From a virus (taxonomy: Duplodnaviria; Caudoviricetes): a DNA stretch of 64,000 nt. Below, piece after piece: positions 18,496-27,489 of the stretch. How positions within the stretch are numbered: position 1 is the first letter of the stretch; every line of letters begins with the position of its first letter. A program made the translations under genes and the position numbers. Under the pieces are notes generated by a model. That model searched no databases. It saw only the letters and a program-made list of their open reading frames with translations, and was not told where the DNA came from. The stretch is taken from positions 1 through 64,000 of the IMG/VR virus record IMGVR_UViG_3300049298_000033. One strand, written 5' to 3'.

Positions 18496-19296
18496 TTGAC
18501 TGACCTGGAGTTTCATCCGGTCGCCGACATCTTCCCGATGATGACGGACCAGGAGTTCGCGGATCTTGTCGAGGACATCAGCCTCCACGGGCTGCGCGAG
18601 TCGATCTGGCTCCACCGAGACGGTCGGATCATCGACGGCCGCAACCGGTACCGCGCATGCCAGAAGGCGTCGGTCGAGCCGGAGTTTCGAACCTACGAGG
18701 ACGAAGACGAGGGTCTCGTCGCGTTCGCGGTGTCGCTGAACCTGAAGCGTCGCCACCTGAAGGAGGGGCAGCGGGCGATGGTTGCCGCTCGGATCGCGAA
18801 CCTCAAACCCGGCCGACCCGCAGGGTCATCAGAAACTGTCGAAATTTCGACAGTTTCTCAGGGAGATGCGGCCGACATGCTCAACGTCAGCCGCGACAGC
18901 GTCATCAAGGCCAAGCGGGTCCACGAGCACGCCGTCCCCGAGTTGGCGGCAAAGGTCGAGTCCGGCGAGGTTGCCGTCTCCACCGCGGCCATGATCGCCG
19001 AAGCCCCCGAAGAGGAGCAGCGGGAAGTGATGGCCGCCGGCAACAACAAGACGATCGTGCAACGCGCCAACGAGATCAGGCAGCGCAAGCGCCGGCAGAA
19101 GCCGCCGGTTCAGGTGCCGAAGGTAATCACTCGGGCGCTTACAGAGATCGACTCGGCGCGGCGTGCCCTCGACACGGTCACAGACCGGCACCTCGCCACA
19201 CAAGACGAAGAGGCCCGCCGCTCCTGGGCGGCGAACCTCTCCGAATCACTGGAAGCCCTGGCCGGTTTCCTCGACTCCCTCGAAAGGAACTCTTAA
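18496..19296 (+). CDS. ParB N-terminal domain + HTH protein
   Basis: FHPVADIFPMM..LVEDI..GL..I..IIDGRNRYRAC..NL.RRHL..QRA; AGGAG RBS. Confidence 0.85.
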   Translation: MTDLEFHPVADIFPMMTDQEFADLVEDISLHGLRESIWLHRDGRIIDGRNRYRACQKASVEPEFRTYEDEDEGLVAFAVSLNLKRRHLKEGQRAMVAARIANLKPGRPAGSSETVEISTVSQGDAADMLNVSRDSVIKAKRVHEHAVPELAAKVESGEVAVSTAAMIAEAPEEEQREVMAAGNNKTIVQRANEIRQRKRRQKPPVQVPKVITRALTEIDSARRALDTVTDRHLATQDEEARRSWAANLSESLEALAGFLDSLERNS

Positions 19297-20138
19297 TGCC
19301 CAAACCAATCCTATTCCAGGCGCCCGACCCACTCCCTGGTCTGTCGCTCGAAGTCATCAGCATCACGCCGAGGATCGCCGAAGACTGGCTGTCGAAGAAC
19401 ACACACAACAGGAACGTCCGACCGGCCATGGTCGATGCTTACGCCCGCGACATGGAAGCGGGCAAGTGGACACTAAACGGCGAAGCAATCAAGTTTGCCA
19501 AGGGTGGGGTACTCCTCGACGGACAGCACCGGCTCCACGCTGTCATCAAATCGAACACCACGATCAAGGCACTGGTCGTTCGCGGCGTCGACCCTGACGT
19601 CCAGGACACGATGGACACCGGAGCCGTCAGGAAGTACGGCGACCAGTTGCGTCTGAGTGGTCACCGCAATGCCAGCACGCTCGCGTCGGTTGCTCGAAGG
19701 GTCGTGCTCTGGGAATCGGGGCAGCGCACGAACACAGGCAAGATCAAGGCAACCCATTCCGAGATGGCCGAGGCCCTCGAACGTTATCCCGGCATCGCAG
19801 AGTCCGCCGATTTCGCCGATCAGGTCCGCCGCCTGTCTGGGCTGCCCGCATCGATCGTCGGGCTGGCCCACTTCCTGTTCGGGCAGATCGACTACGAGCA
19901 GGCTGTGTGGTTTTTGTCTCGCGTAGCGGACGGAATCGGTCTCCCTGCTGGCCATCCGGTACTCGCCTTCAGAGACAGGGTACGCAAGGAGCGCGATCGG
20001 GGCGGACGCATCCACGAAACCATGCTCCTCGCCCTGTTGATCAACGCCTGGAACGCATACCGGGCTGGAGAAACCCGGACAAGGCTAAATCTCCCTAAGG
20101 GCGGCCTGAATCCAGCCAGTTTCCCCGAGCCCAAGTAG
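19296..20138 (+). CDS. ParB-like (DGQHR) protein
   Basis: ITP..AEDWL..NTHNR..YARDM..GKW..NGE.I..LLDGQHRLHA. Confidence 0.8.
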   Translation: MPKPILFQAPDPLPGLSLEVISITPRIAEDWLSKNTHNRNVRPAMVDAYARDMEAGKWTLNGEAIKFAKGGVLLDGQHRLHAVIKSNTTIKALVVRGVDPDVQDTMDTGAVRKYGDQLRLSGHRNASTLASVARRVVLWESGQRTNTGKIKATHSEMAEALERYPGIAESADFADQVRRLSGLPASIVGLAHFLFGQIDYEQAVWFLSRVADGIGLPAGHPVLAFRDRVRKERDRGGRIHETMLLALLINAWNAYRAGETRTRLNLPKGGLNPASFPEPK

Positions 20139-20144
20139 TTGTCA

Positions 20145-20179
20145 CCCGACGGCCCCTTTTGTGATCCGGGGCCGTCGGG
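20145..20179. other. 12-bp GC hairpin between ParB cassette and initiator
   Basis: CCCGACGGCCCC / GGGGCCGTCGGG. Confidence 0.55.
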
Positions 20180-20220
20180 ATCTACCCATCCGCGAACTAC
20201 CTGGAGAGGCCGCACGCCTG

Positions 20221-21180
20221 ATGGCCGCCCGTAAACACGGCAGGATCCTGTCGAGCATCTGGGACGACGACGACTTCCGCGCGCTCGAACCCGGACCGCA
20301 GCGGATGTACATGTTCCTGCTGTCCCAGCCCGACCTCGAGCAGTCCGGTGTCATCCCGCTCCGGGAGCGACGCTGGGCTCGGTCCGCGGCCGGCCTGAAG
20401 ACTGGAGATGTCAACGCCGACCTTCAGGTGCTCCAGTCCGCCAACTTCGTTGTCATCGACGAGGACACTGAGGAGCTTCTCGTCCGGTCGCTGATCCGGC
20501 GGGACAACGTGTGGAAGCAGCCGAACGTCTTCAAGTCCGCCGCCGATCAGATGCTCAGCGTGTCCTCGCACAAGATCAAGGCGGCTCTACATGAGGAACT
20601 GTCGCGGCTGGAACTCGAGGAAGCGAACGGGGAAGTCCAGCGACTTCGGGACCTACTCGTTGACCACCTCGAACCCTTCGCTAAGGGTTCCGGAAACCCA
20701 TCTGGAACCCCAGGCGGAACCCCTCGCGGAGACCAAGCGCAGGGTCCTGCACTTCCTCCGGGGAAGGGGAATGGTAACGGTCGTGTAGTTAAGGGTTCCC
20801 CTTCCCCTTTCCCCATTCCCCCTCCAGGAGCCCCCCGCGCGCAGGCGCGCTCGACGCTCCTCGGGAACTCGCTCCTCGATGAGCACTTGAAGGCTTGCCA
20901 GATGAAGCCGCCACGTGACGTTCAGCGGCGTACAGGCGAACAGATCGACCGTCTCCTCGATGAGGGCATTGAGCCTGACCGCATTCGTGCCGGCCTGGCA
21001 TTGATGCGATCAAAGCCTCGCACTGGTCCCGGCTTGCTGCCCGATCTGGTCCATGAGGCAGCGACCGTCACGATGCTCCGCCCAACTGGCACCGACTCCC
21101 GCTACTCGCCGCAGTCCGGCAGCCGCATCCCCTCAGGCATCAAGTACTCCAGCGACCCGAAGGACGTGTTCGGACCATGA
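20221..21180 (+). CDS. Replication initiator protein
   Basis: SSIWDDDDFRAL..QRMYMFLLSQPDL..SGV; upstream of DnaC-like and DnaB. Confidence 0.8.
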   Translation: MAARKHGRILSSIWDDDDFRALEPGPQRMYMFLLSQPDLEQSGVIPLRERRWARSAAGLKTGDVNADLQVLQSANFVVIDEDTEELLVRSLIRRDNVWKQPNVFKSAADQMLSVSSHKIKAALHEELSRLELEEANGEVQRLRDLLVDHLEPFAKGSGNPSGTPGGTPRGDQAQGPALPPGKGNGNGRVVKGSPSPFPIPPPGAPRAQARSTLLGNSLLDEHLKACQMKPPRDVQRRTGEQIDRLLDEGIEPDRIRAGLALMRSKPRTGPGLLPDLVHEAATVTMLRPTGTDSRYSPQSGSRIPSGIKYSSDPKDVFGP

Positions 21181-21761
21181 TGAGTGGCGAAGACCGCGAC
21201 GCTCAGCAGGCTGCCGCTGCTGCCGAGTGGCAGGCCGAGCGCCAGGCGATCGCGTTGCGGCGCTGGTGCGAGCAGATCCCCGCGGCACAGCAAACCCCGG
21301 GCGTGCTCCTGCCCGCCGTCGTCGACTGGGTGAAGAAGCTCACCGCTGGCGACACAGAAAACCTCGTCATGCTCGGCGATGTCGGCACAGGTAAGACCTG
21401 GCACGCCTGGCATTCGATCCGGCACGCCTACGAGGCCGGCTGGTACGGCACCGCACAGTTCTACAGCGCCTACGCGTGGAAGCGTGTCGTCGGCCCGCCG
21501 CTCGACGCCGACCAGATCGCTGCTGCGGCGACCGTGGACCTCCTCGTCCTCGACGACCCAGGCGCACACCGCCTCGGCGAGTGGGACCTGGAGAACCTCC
21601 TCGGTGTCATTGATGAGCGCTGGAACAACCAGCGGCCGACGATCTTCACGAGCAACGCCTCCAAGCTCCACGAGCTGTTCGGTCCCCGCATCACCTCCCG
21701 CATCGCGGACGGCGCCACGGTCGTGACGTTCGAAGGCAAAGACCTTCGGAGGGCCCGATGA
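21177..21761 (+). CDS. DnaC/IstB-like helicase loader
   Basis: GDVGTGKT, LLVLDD, IDERW..PTIFTSN..RITSRI. Confidence 0.88.
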   Translation: MMSGEDRDAQQAAAAAEWQAERQAIALRRWCEQIPAAQQTPGVLLPAVVDWVKKLTAGDTENLVMLGDVGTGKTWHAWHSIRHAYEAGWYGTAQFYSAYAWKRVVGPPLDADQIAAAATVDLLVLDDPGAHRLGEWDLENLLGVIDERWNNQRPTIFTSNASKLHELFGPRITSRIADGATVVTFEGKDLRRAR

Positions 21762-23086
21762 GCGGCGACCGGTGGATGCCGAGCGACGCGGTCCTCGAGG
21801 CCGAAGCGGCAGTTATCGGCGCGGCGATCCAGAGCAAGGCCGCTGCGGAGATTGCGGCGGAGAAGCTCACCCCGCGGAGCTTCTACATGTCGTTGCATGC
21901 CGCGGTGTTCGAAGCGGTCACCGGGATGCTGAATGACGGCACGCCGATCGATGCCGCGTCGGTGCTGCGCGTCATGCACCGCGGCGGGCAGATGGTCGAC
22001 GGGGTGAAGGTTTTCTCTCTCGCGCAGCGTGCTGCGGCGGGAAGTCTCGGTTTCCACATTGAGGCGATCGCGCGGGACGCGACCCGCCGGGAACTACTGA
22101 ACCTGGCCGCGTTCATCACGGAAGTCGCGGACCCGTCGTTCGACCCGGACATCCACCTGGACAAGGTCCGGGAACGGCTCGATGCGATCAGCAACACCGT
22201 CACCGGGGACGACCCGCCGACTGCCGCTGAACTGCTGTATGAGGTCCTGGAGGACCTGGAGAAGGAAGACGAGCGGAAGGAGCTCGTCCAGCCTCCGTAC
22301 CGCGACATGGAACGGCTCGTGCCAGCGCTTGAGCCCGGCGAACTCATCCTCATCGGGGCAAGGCCGTCCGTCGGCAAGAGCACAGTCGCCATGGATTTCG
22401 CCCGCTACTCGGCGCTGCACCTGAAGAAGCGGGTGCTGTTCGCGAGCCTGGAGATGACCGGCAAGAACTGCATGCAGCGGCTCGTGTCCGCCGAGGCGAC
22501 GGTTGACCTCGCGAAGTTCAAGACCCGGTCGGCAACCGACGTCGACTGGGACCGGATCGCGAAGATCAAGTCCAGCATTGAAGAGTCCGAGCTGATCATC
22601 GATGCGTTCCCCGGCTACACGCTCGGCCGGCTCCGTGCCCGCCTCCGCCGTGAGGAACGCCGCGGTGGCTGCCAGCTCGTCATCGTCGACTACCTGCAGT
22701 TGATGAAGATGCCTCCGAGCGACAGCCGGGAACAGGCCGTTGCGGCGACGAGCCGGGGCTTGAAGCTTCTGGCGTTGGAGTTTCAGATCCCAATCGTGCT
22801 GCTCGCCCAGTTGAACCGCGGTCCGGAGCATCGGACCGACAAAACCCCGGTCATGTCCGACTTCCGTGAAAGCGGCGCTCTCGAGCAGGACGCGGACATC
22901 GGCCTCCTCCTGTTCCGCGAAGACGCCAGCGATCAAGAGTCCAGCCGCGCGGGCGAACTCGATCTGATCGTCGCGAAGAACCGGAACGGAGCGCGGGGCA
23001 CCGTGACGGTCGCCTTCCAAGGCCACTACAGCCGGGCGATGGATATGGCGCCGCGCGAGTGGAGTCCGACGGGAGGGCTGTCGTGA
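21758..23086 (+). CDS. dnaB: DnaB-like replicative helicase
   Basis: GARPSVGKS, SLEM, IVDYLQL, AQLNR, RESGALEQDAD, KNRNG. Confidence 0.96.
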   Translation: MSGDRWMPSDAVLEAEAAVIGAAIQSKAAAEIAAEKLTPRSFYMSLHAAVFEAVTGMLNDGTPIDAASVLRVMHRGGQMVDGVKVFSLAQRAAAGSLGFHIEAIARDATRRELLNLAAFITEVADPSFDPDIHLDKVRERLDAISNTVTGDDPPTAAELLYEVLEDLEKEDERKELVQPPYRDMERLVPALEPGELILIGARPSVGKSTVAMDFARYSALHLKKRVLFASLEMTGKNCMQRLVSAEATVDLAKFKTRSATDVDWDRIAKIKSSIEESELIIDAFPGYTLGRLRARLRREERRGGCQLVIVDYLQLMKMPPSDSREQAVAATSRGLKLLALEFQIPIVLLAQLNRGPEHRTDKTPVMSDFRESGALEQDADIGLLLFREDASDQESSRAGELDLIVAKNRNGARGTVTVAFQGHYSRAMDMAPREWSPTGGLS

Positions 23087-23274
23087 CGCATCCCTTCGCT
23101 GACGGCTGCCCTGAGTGCGGGTACCTGACGGGCGCACCGCACACGGTCCAGACCCTCGACGGCCCGCATGTCCGCGCCTTGTACCGCTGCCCTGACTGTG
23201 GCCACTCGTGGTTCACGGGCTGGAACGCGGATGCGGTTATCGGCCGGCGTGAGTCTGAGGGCGGTGCCGCATGA
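23083..23274 (+). CDS. Small Zn-ribbon protein
   Basis: CPECG..YRCPDCGHSW. Confidence 0.7.
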   Translation: MTHPFADGCPECGYLTGAPHTVQTLDGPHVRALYRCPDCGHSWFTGWNADAVIGRRESEGGAA

Positions 23275-23368
23275 GCAGCGACCCGTGTGGGTGGCGGTGT
23301 GACGACTGCGCACTCGGAGCCCGCAAGACATCCCGCGAGACATCCCCAAACCGAATGGAGCAAGCAGC

Positions 23369-23701
23369 ATGAAGATCCGCATCTACGGCGCGAGCGATGA
23401 CCTGATCGAGGTCGAAGGCTGCGAAGGCGCTAACGAGTTCGATGTCTACGGCCAGGGACCCGTCATGTGGCGAGGCGATCTCGTCGCACCGAACGGGGAC
23501 GCCATGAAGGCACACGCCATATTCAGCGATGACGGCTGCTGGAGTATCGCTCTCGGCCAGGTGACGGAGGATCACCCGTTCCCGGAGTGGCCCGTGAAGG
23601 TCCGGCAGCACACGAACACCGACTACTCGACGATGGTTGAGATCGATGCCCCAGACGGTACCCGTCTCCTGTCCGCCCAGCCGGACGGCGACGATGACTG
23701 A
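23369..23701 (+). CDS. Hypothetical protein
   Basis: IYGASDDLIEVEG; GGAG RBS. Confidence 0.7.
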   Translation: MKIRIYGASDDLIEVEGCEGANEFDVYGQGPVMWRGDLVAPNGDAMKAHAIFSDDGCWSIALGQVTEDHPFPEWPVKVRQHTNTDYSTMVEIDAPDGTRLLSAQPDGDDD

Positions 23702-23993
23702 CCCGCGCACTGTTCTCGCTACGCCGATGGGCGACAACGACGCCCACGCGGGCACGATCCGCGACTACCTGGTCTGCCTGCTGGCGGATGTGTGGAAGTA
23801 CGGCGAGGGCTTCAACGGCAAGCGGCCGTTCGGCAACTCCGGCTGGGAGTGGGAGATCTATGCCGCTCTCGTGAAGGCGGGGCACATCACCGGGCGCTTC
23901 GACGAGGACGGCTACATCGAGGATGCCGACCGGACAACCGGCGACGCTCTCGTCGCCGCTGCCATCCAGGCGCTTGGCAACGGGACCGTTTGA
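23694..23993 (+). CDS. Hypothetical protein
   Basis: TIRDYL..LL..VW..GEGFNGKRPFGNSGW. Confidence 0.7.
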   Translation: MTDPRTVLATPMGDNDAHAGTIRDYLVCLLADVWKYGEGFNGKRPFGNSGWEWEIYAALVKAGHITGRFDEDGYIEDADRTTGDALVAAAIQALGNGTV

Positions 23994-24280
23994 TGGCCGC
24001 CGATCTCCCGTCCGGGACGTTCGTCGTTGTTGGGAGCCGCCTCGGGCGGGTCGTAAAGGCGGCTCGCCAGGGTGCCGCGGTCGGCTACAGCGTGCAGACC
24101 AGCATCGAGGCGCACGAGGGTTCAGCCCCTCATTTCGTGGAGGGCTATGCCGTCAAGGTTGCCGAGCTCGGCGTGAACGTCTGCCGTAAGCCGCGAGGTG
24201 ACTGCTGGTGCGGCCTCGTCCACATCACCAACCCCGAACTGCTCGCCGACAACCACACCACCCCGAAGGAGACCCGATGA
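23993..24280 (+). CDS. Hypothetical protein
   Basis: TGATG coupling; C-terminal C..CWCG..H. Confidence 0.5.
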   Translation: MAADLPSGTFVVVGSRLGRVVKAARQGAAVGYSVQTSIEAHEGSAPHFVEGYAVKVAELGVNVCRKPRGDCWCGLVHITNPELLADNHTTPKETR

Positions 24281-24618
24281 CCACCACAACCGACTACCTC
24301 AACGAGCAGGCCAAGAGTTGGCCGCACACCTATGACGGCATCCCCGTGTGGGAGATCGGCGACGAAGGCGAGTGGCTCGTCGCCATCGGCCACGTCGACA
24401 AGGCCACGTTTGCGAAGGCCTGCGACGCCTACTACCGGGCCGTGTCCCACCATTCCCTCGCCGAGGTGTACGACGGTGCCACGACGCTGGCCGAGGTCGC
24501 CGAGGACGCGACCCACCGGAAGGCGGACATCCGACACCTGGAGGAGTTCCCCCACGGCGACTTCGCGGTTCTGTTCGACGAGGGCGACGTGGACGTCACG
24601 ACCTGGACGGCGTACTGA
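24277..24618 (+). CDS. Hypothetical protein
   Basis: AAGGAG RBS; coupled. Confidence 0.6.
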   Translation: MTTTTDYLNEQAKSWPHTYDGIPVWEIGDEGEWLVAIGHVDKATFAKACDAYYRAVSHHSLAEVYDGATTLAEVAEDATHRKADIRHLEEFPHGDFAVLFDEGDVDVTTWTAY

Positions 24619-24830
24619 TGGCCGCCGCCGATACCGCGAAGACCGAGTTCAACGACACGGACTGCCGGTTCTGCACCCACTCCGGAGACGCCCACGACGC
24701 AGGCGAGTGCTGGGCCGAGAAAGACGGTGCCCAGTGTCAGTGCTGGTGGTACACGCCCGCTGAGGACGTTGCCACCGCTCCCGCCCAAATCGCCCGGCAC
24801 CTTTACACCGCACCCCCGAAGGAGTCCTGA
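24618..24830 (+). CDS. Small Cys/His protein
   Basis: CRFCTH..H..C..CQC. Confidence 0.55.
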   Translation: MAAADTAKTEFNDTDCRFCTHSGDAHDAGECWAEKDGAQCQCWWYTPAEDVATAPAQIARHLYTAPPKES

Positions 24831-24831
24831 C

Positions 24832-25359
24832 ATGGCAGCAGGAGATGTTCAGGTGACGATCGTTGGCAACCTCGTCGCCGACGTTGAATTGAGGTTCACC
24901 CCGTCGGGCCAGGCGGTCGCGAATTTCCGGATCGCCTCTACCCCTCGCTACAAGGACCAGCAGTCGGGGGAGTGGAAGGACGGTGAAGGTCTCTTCCTCA
25001 CCTGCAACGTGTGGCGGCAGGCGGCCGAGAACGTCGCCGAGAGCCTCCAGCGGGGCATGCGGGTCATCGTCCAGGGCCGGCTGAAGCAGCGGTCGTATGA
25101 GACCCGCGAGGGCGAGAAGCGCACCGTGTACGAGGTCGAGGTCGACGAGGTCGGCCCGTCGCTAAGGAACGCCACGGCGAAGGTCGCCAAGACACAGCGC
25201 CAGGGCGGCCAGGGCGGGGGCTTCGGCCAGGGCCAGTCGACTGGCGGGTTCGGTCAGGGTGGCCAGCAGGCTCCCCAGGGCGGTAACGCTCCCGCTGACG
25301 ACCCGTGGGCCACCGGCGGTGGCGGTGGTGGCGGGTTCTCCGAGAGCCCGCCGTTCTGA
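24832..25359 (+). CDS. ssb: Single-stranded DNA-binding protein
   Basis: [31 protein letters not shown]. Confidence 0.97.
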   Translation: MAAGDVQVTIVGNLVADVELRFTPSGQAVANFRIASTPRYKDQQSGEWKDGEGLFLTCNVWRQAAENVAESLQRGMRVIVQGRLKQRSYETREGEKRTVYEVEVDEVGPSLRNATAKVAKTQRQGGQGGGFGQGQSTGGFGQGGQQAPQGGNAPADDPWATGGGGGGGFSESPPF

Positions 25360-25363
25360 TCCC

Positions 25364-25549
25364 ATGCCGAAGACGCAGACGAAAGGCCGCGCCTGCACCG
25401 GGAAGCAACGGCACGCGACCCGGGGTGAAGCGGAAGCCCACCGCCAGTCGCTGATCCGTGCCGGGGCCTTCCCGGCGCAGATCGCGGTCTACCCCTGTAG
25501 CCACTGCGGCGGCTACCACACCGGCCACAAAGGAAGGAAGCGACGGTGA
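25364..25549 (+). CDS. Small Zn-finger protein
   Basis: CTGKQRH..YPCSHCGGYH. Confidence 0.65.
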   Translation: MPKTQTKGRACTGKQRHATRGEAEAHRQSLIRAGAFPAQIAVYPCSHCGGYHTGHKGRKRR

Positions 25550-25572
25550 GGATCTGTTCTCGCCGGCTTGGC

Positions 25573-25761
25573 TCAGTCGCCGGTCTCCTCGTTCGGAGGC
25601 CGGCGGCGGGGCGGCTTGGATCCGTACCGCGCGAGGTATCGGTTGATTACCTCAGTGAGCGTAGTGCCCTCGGCGTGAGCTCGCTCAAGCGCGGGCTTCC
25701 AGATGTGATCCGGCGAACGGAGGTTCCGTACCGGGGTCTTGCCGGTTGCGGGTCTCGGCAT
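25573..25761 (-). CDS. Ribbon-helix-helix protein
   Basis: MPRPATGKTPVRNLRSPDHIW..A..EGTTLTEVINRYLARY. Confidence 0.8.
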   Translation of the reverse strand: MPRPATGKTPVRNLRSPDHIWKPALERAHAEGTTLTEVINRYLARYGSKPPRRRPPNEETGD

Positions 25762-25777
25762 GGGCTGATCGTCGCAT

Positions 25778-25855
25778 GTGTACTTACAGACATCCACAGT
25801 GACCTCCTCAAACGAGGTTGTTCGACTGTTCTCTTCACGGTAAAGTGTACTTACA
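25778..25855. promoter_or_regulatory. 11-bp direct repeat, probable RHH operator
   Basis: GTGTACTTACA at 25778-25788 and 25845-25855 in an AT-rich divergent gap. Confidence 0.65.
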
Positions 25856-25887
25856 CAAACCGTTCCTTGCCTGGAGGAAGGTGGCCG

Positions 25888-27093
25888 GTGCCCGAGGTCA
25901 TCGAGATGCCCGCAGTCCCGACGAACGTCCACCCGATCATCAATGCGGTGAGCACCGAGCGCCGAGCACGCAGAATCCCCAAACAGTCGATCGCTACGTT
26001 CTTGGGCATCGATCGGAGCACAGTCTCGGACTGGGAGTCGGGGGAGCGCAGTCCGAAGCTCTCCAACCTTTACGCCTATGCCCGTGCGGTTGGCTTGGAG
26101 CTGTCAGTCGATGGGGTCGACTTGCTAACAGCGGTAATCAACGCCAGGAAGGCGCGCGGCATATCTCGACCGAAGCTTGCGGCAGCAGCTCGGATGGAGA
26201 TAGCCACCATCTATGTCTGGGAAAAGAAGCGCAAGGATCCGACCCTTAGGTCAGTTGACCGGTGCTTGAAGGCGCTTGACCTTCATCCGAATCTGACCCG
26301 TGCCGAGCAGCTGGGAGAGTTGGCGCCTCCGCGACAGCGGAAGCACCCCGAGGCTTATCTTCAGGTTCGGATCCCCGGCCACCCTCTTGCCGGTAACAGC
26401 CAGGGAGTAATGCGCGAGCATCGGAAGGTCCTCTACGACAAGATCGGCCCTGGGGATCACAACTGCTACTGGTGTGGTCGTGTCGTCTCGTGGGCCACCG
26501 GCCAGAACGCCATCAAGGCGCTCATTGCCGACCACCTTGATCACAACAGGCTGAACAACGCGCCAGACAACCTCGTACCGAGCTGCAACGACTGCAATGG
26601 GCATCGGCTAACCGGAGAGACCTGGGAGCCATGGGTGCCGGGAACTCCCGTTCGAGATGGGGCGGCAACTCCTTCTCGGTATCGCCCTGGCCATGCCGTA
26701 GATGCGACCGACACGCACCGCCGTGTTCAGGCACTCATCGCTATCGGATGGTCTCAAGCCAAGCTAGAGAAGGAACTGGGCGAGAAGCAGAGCATGATGT
26801 GCAGACTGTTCAGCAGCGAGCGGATCCAGCCGGCAATGGCAGATCGAATCCGCGATCTATACGAACAGTTGAAGGAGCAAGCGCCACCCCAGGCGACTCC
26901 AGTGGACCGTATCGCGGCCTCACGTTCTCGAAATCGCGCACGGGCGAGCGGATGGCTACCGCCTGCAGCTTTGGACGAATCGCAAGTAAAGCGCGATGAC
27001 GACAAGCGCGGCGCCGGTGACTGGGGCACGTCGGACTGCGTGAAGCGGATCCGTGCCGTTGGCATCGGCGTCCACCGGGTGGTGGTCCCGTGA
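25888..27093 (+). CDS. Tandem XRE HTH - HNH - HTH fusion protein
   Basis: GGAGG RBS; two XRE repeats; EHR..CYWC..DHLDHNRLNN.PDNLVPSCNDCN; DATDTHRRVQALIAIGWS domain. Confidence 0.8.
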   Translation: MPEVIEMPAVPTNVHPIINAVSTERRARRIPKQSIATFLGIDRSTVSDWESGERSPKLSNLYAYARAVGLELSVDGVDLLTAVINARKARGISRPKLAAAARMEIATIYVWEKKRKDPTLRSVDRCLKALDLHPNLTRAEQLGELAPPRQRKHPEAYLQVRIPGHPLAGNSQGVMREHRKVLYDKIGPGDHNCYWCGRVVSWATGQNAIKALIADHLDHNRLNNAPDNLVPSCNDCNGHRLTGETWEPWVPGTPVRDGAATPSRYRPGHAVDATDTHRRVQALIAIGWSQAKLEKELGEKQSMMCRLFSSERIQPAMADRIRDLYEQLKEQAPPQATPVDRIAASRSRNRARASGWLPPAALDESQVKRDDDKRGAGDWGTSDCVKRIRAVGIGVHRVVVP

Positions 27094-27452
27094 CCGCCAC
27101 CGATGCTGATGAGCTCCTGATGCGGCGTTCCGCCATGCCGGCCAGTGGTCTCGTGGACTGTGTCCGCCGCCGAGATGCCGCAGGAGTCGAAAGGCTCCTG
27201 GTGTGCCGTCACCGCACGGAACGGGAGTGGCAGGCCCTCGCCATCGCCCTCGCGGACATGGTCGCCGCAGCCGAAGCTGGCGGCCGGAAGCTGTGCACGA
27301 AGTGCGGTGTCCCGAAGCTGTTCGGCGAGTTCTACCCGCATCCGTCTCTGCCGTATGGGCTGAAGGACTGGTGCAAGGACTGCTGCAACGAGGCGAAGCG
27401 GAAGCCGCTATTCGAGATCCCCGCCGACTACCAGCAGGCACAGGCCTCATGA
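27090..27452 (+). CDS. Hypothetical protein with Zn finger
   Basis: CTKCG..KL..EFY..WCKDC. Confidence 0.65.
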   Translation: MTATDADELLMRRSAMPASGLVDCVRRRDAAGVERLLVCRHRTEREWQALAIALADMVAAAEAGGRKLCTKCGVPKLFGEFYPHPSLPYGLKDWCKDCCNEAKRKPLFEIPADYQQAQAS

Positions 27453-27489
27453 ATACCCCCAACACCCCTCGAACGATGAAGGAGGAGCG

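Noticed and set aside
19296-20138. DGQHR motif suggesting DndB / phosphorothioation
   Set aside because: No dnd or ssp genes in the window; the motif is general to ParB-like folds
25546-25887. N-terminal 114 aa of the 515-aa track ORF
   Set aside because: Overlaps the reverse RHH gene and its promoter; the start at 25888 has a GGAGG RBS
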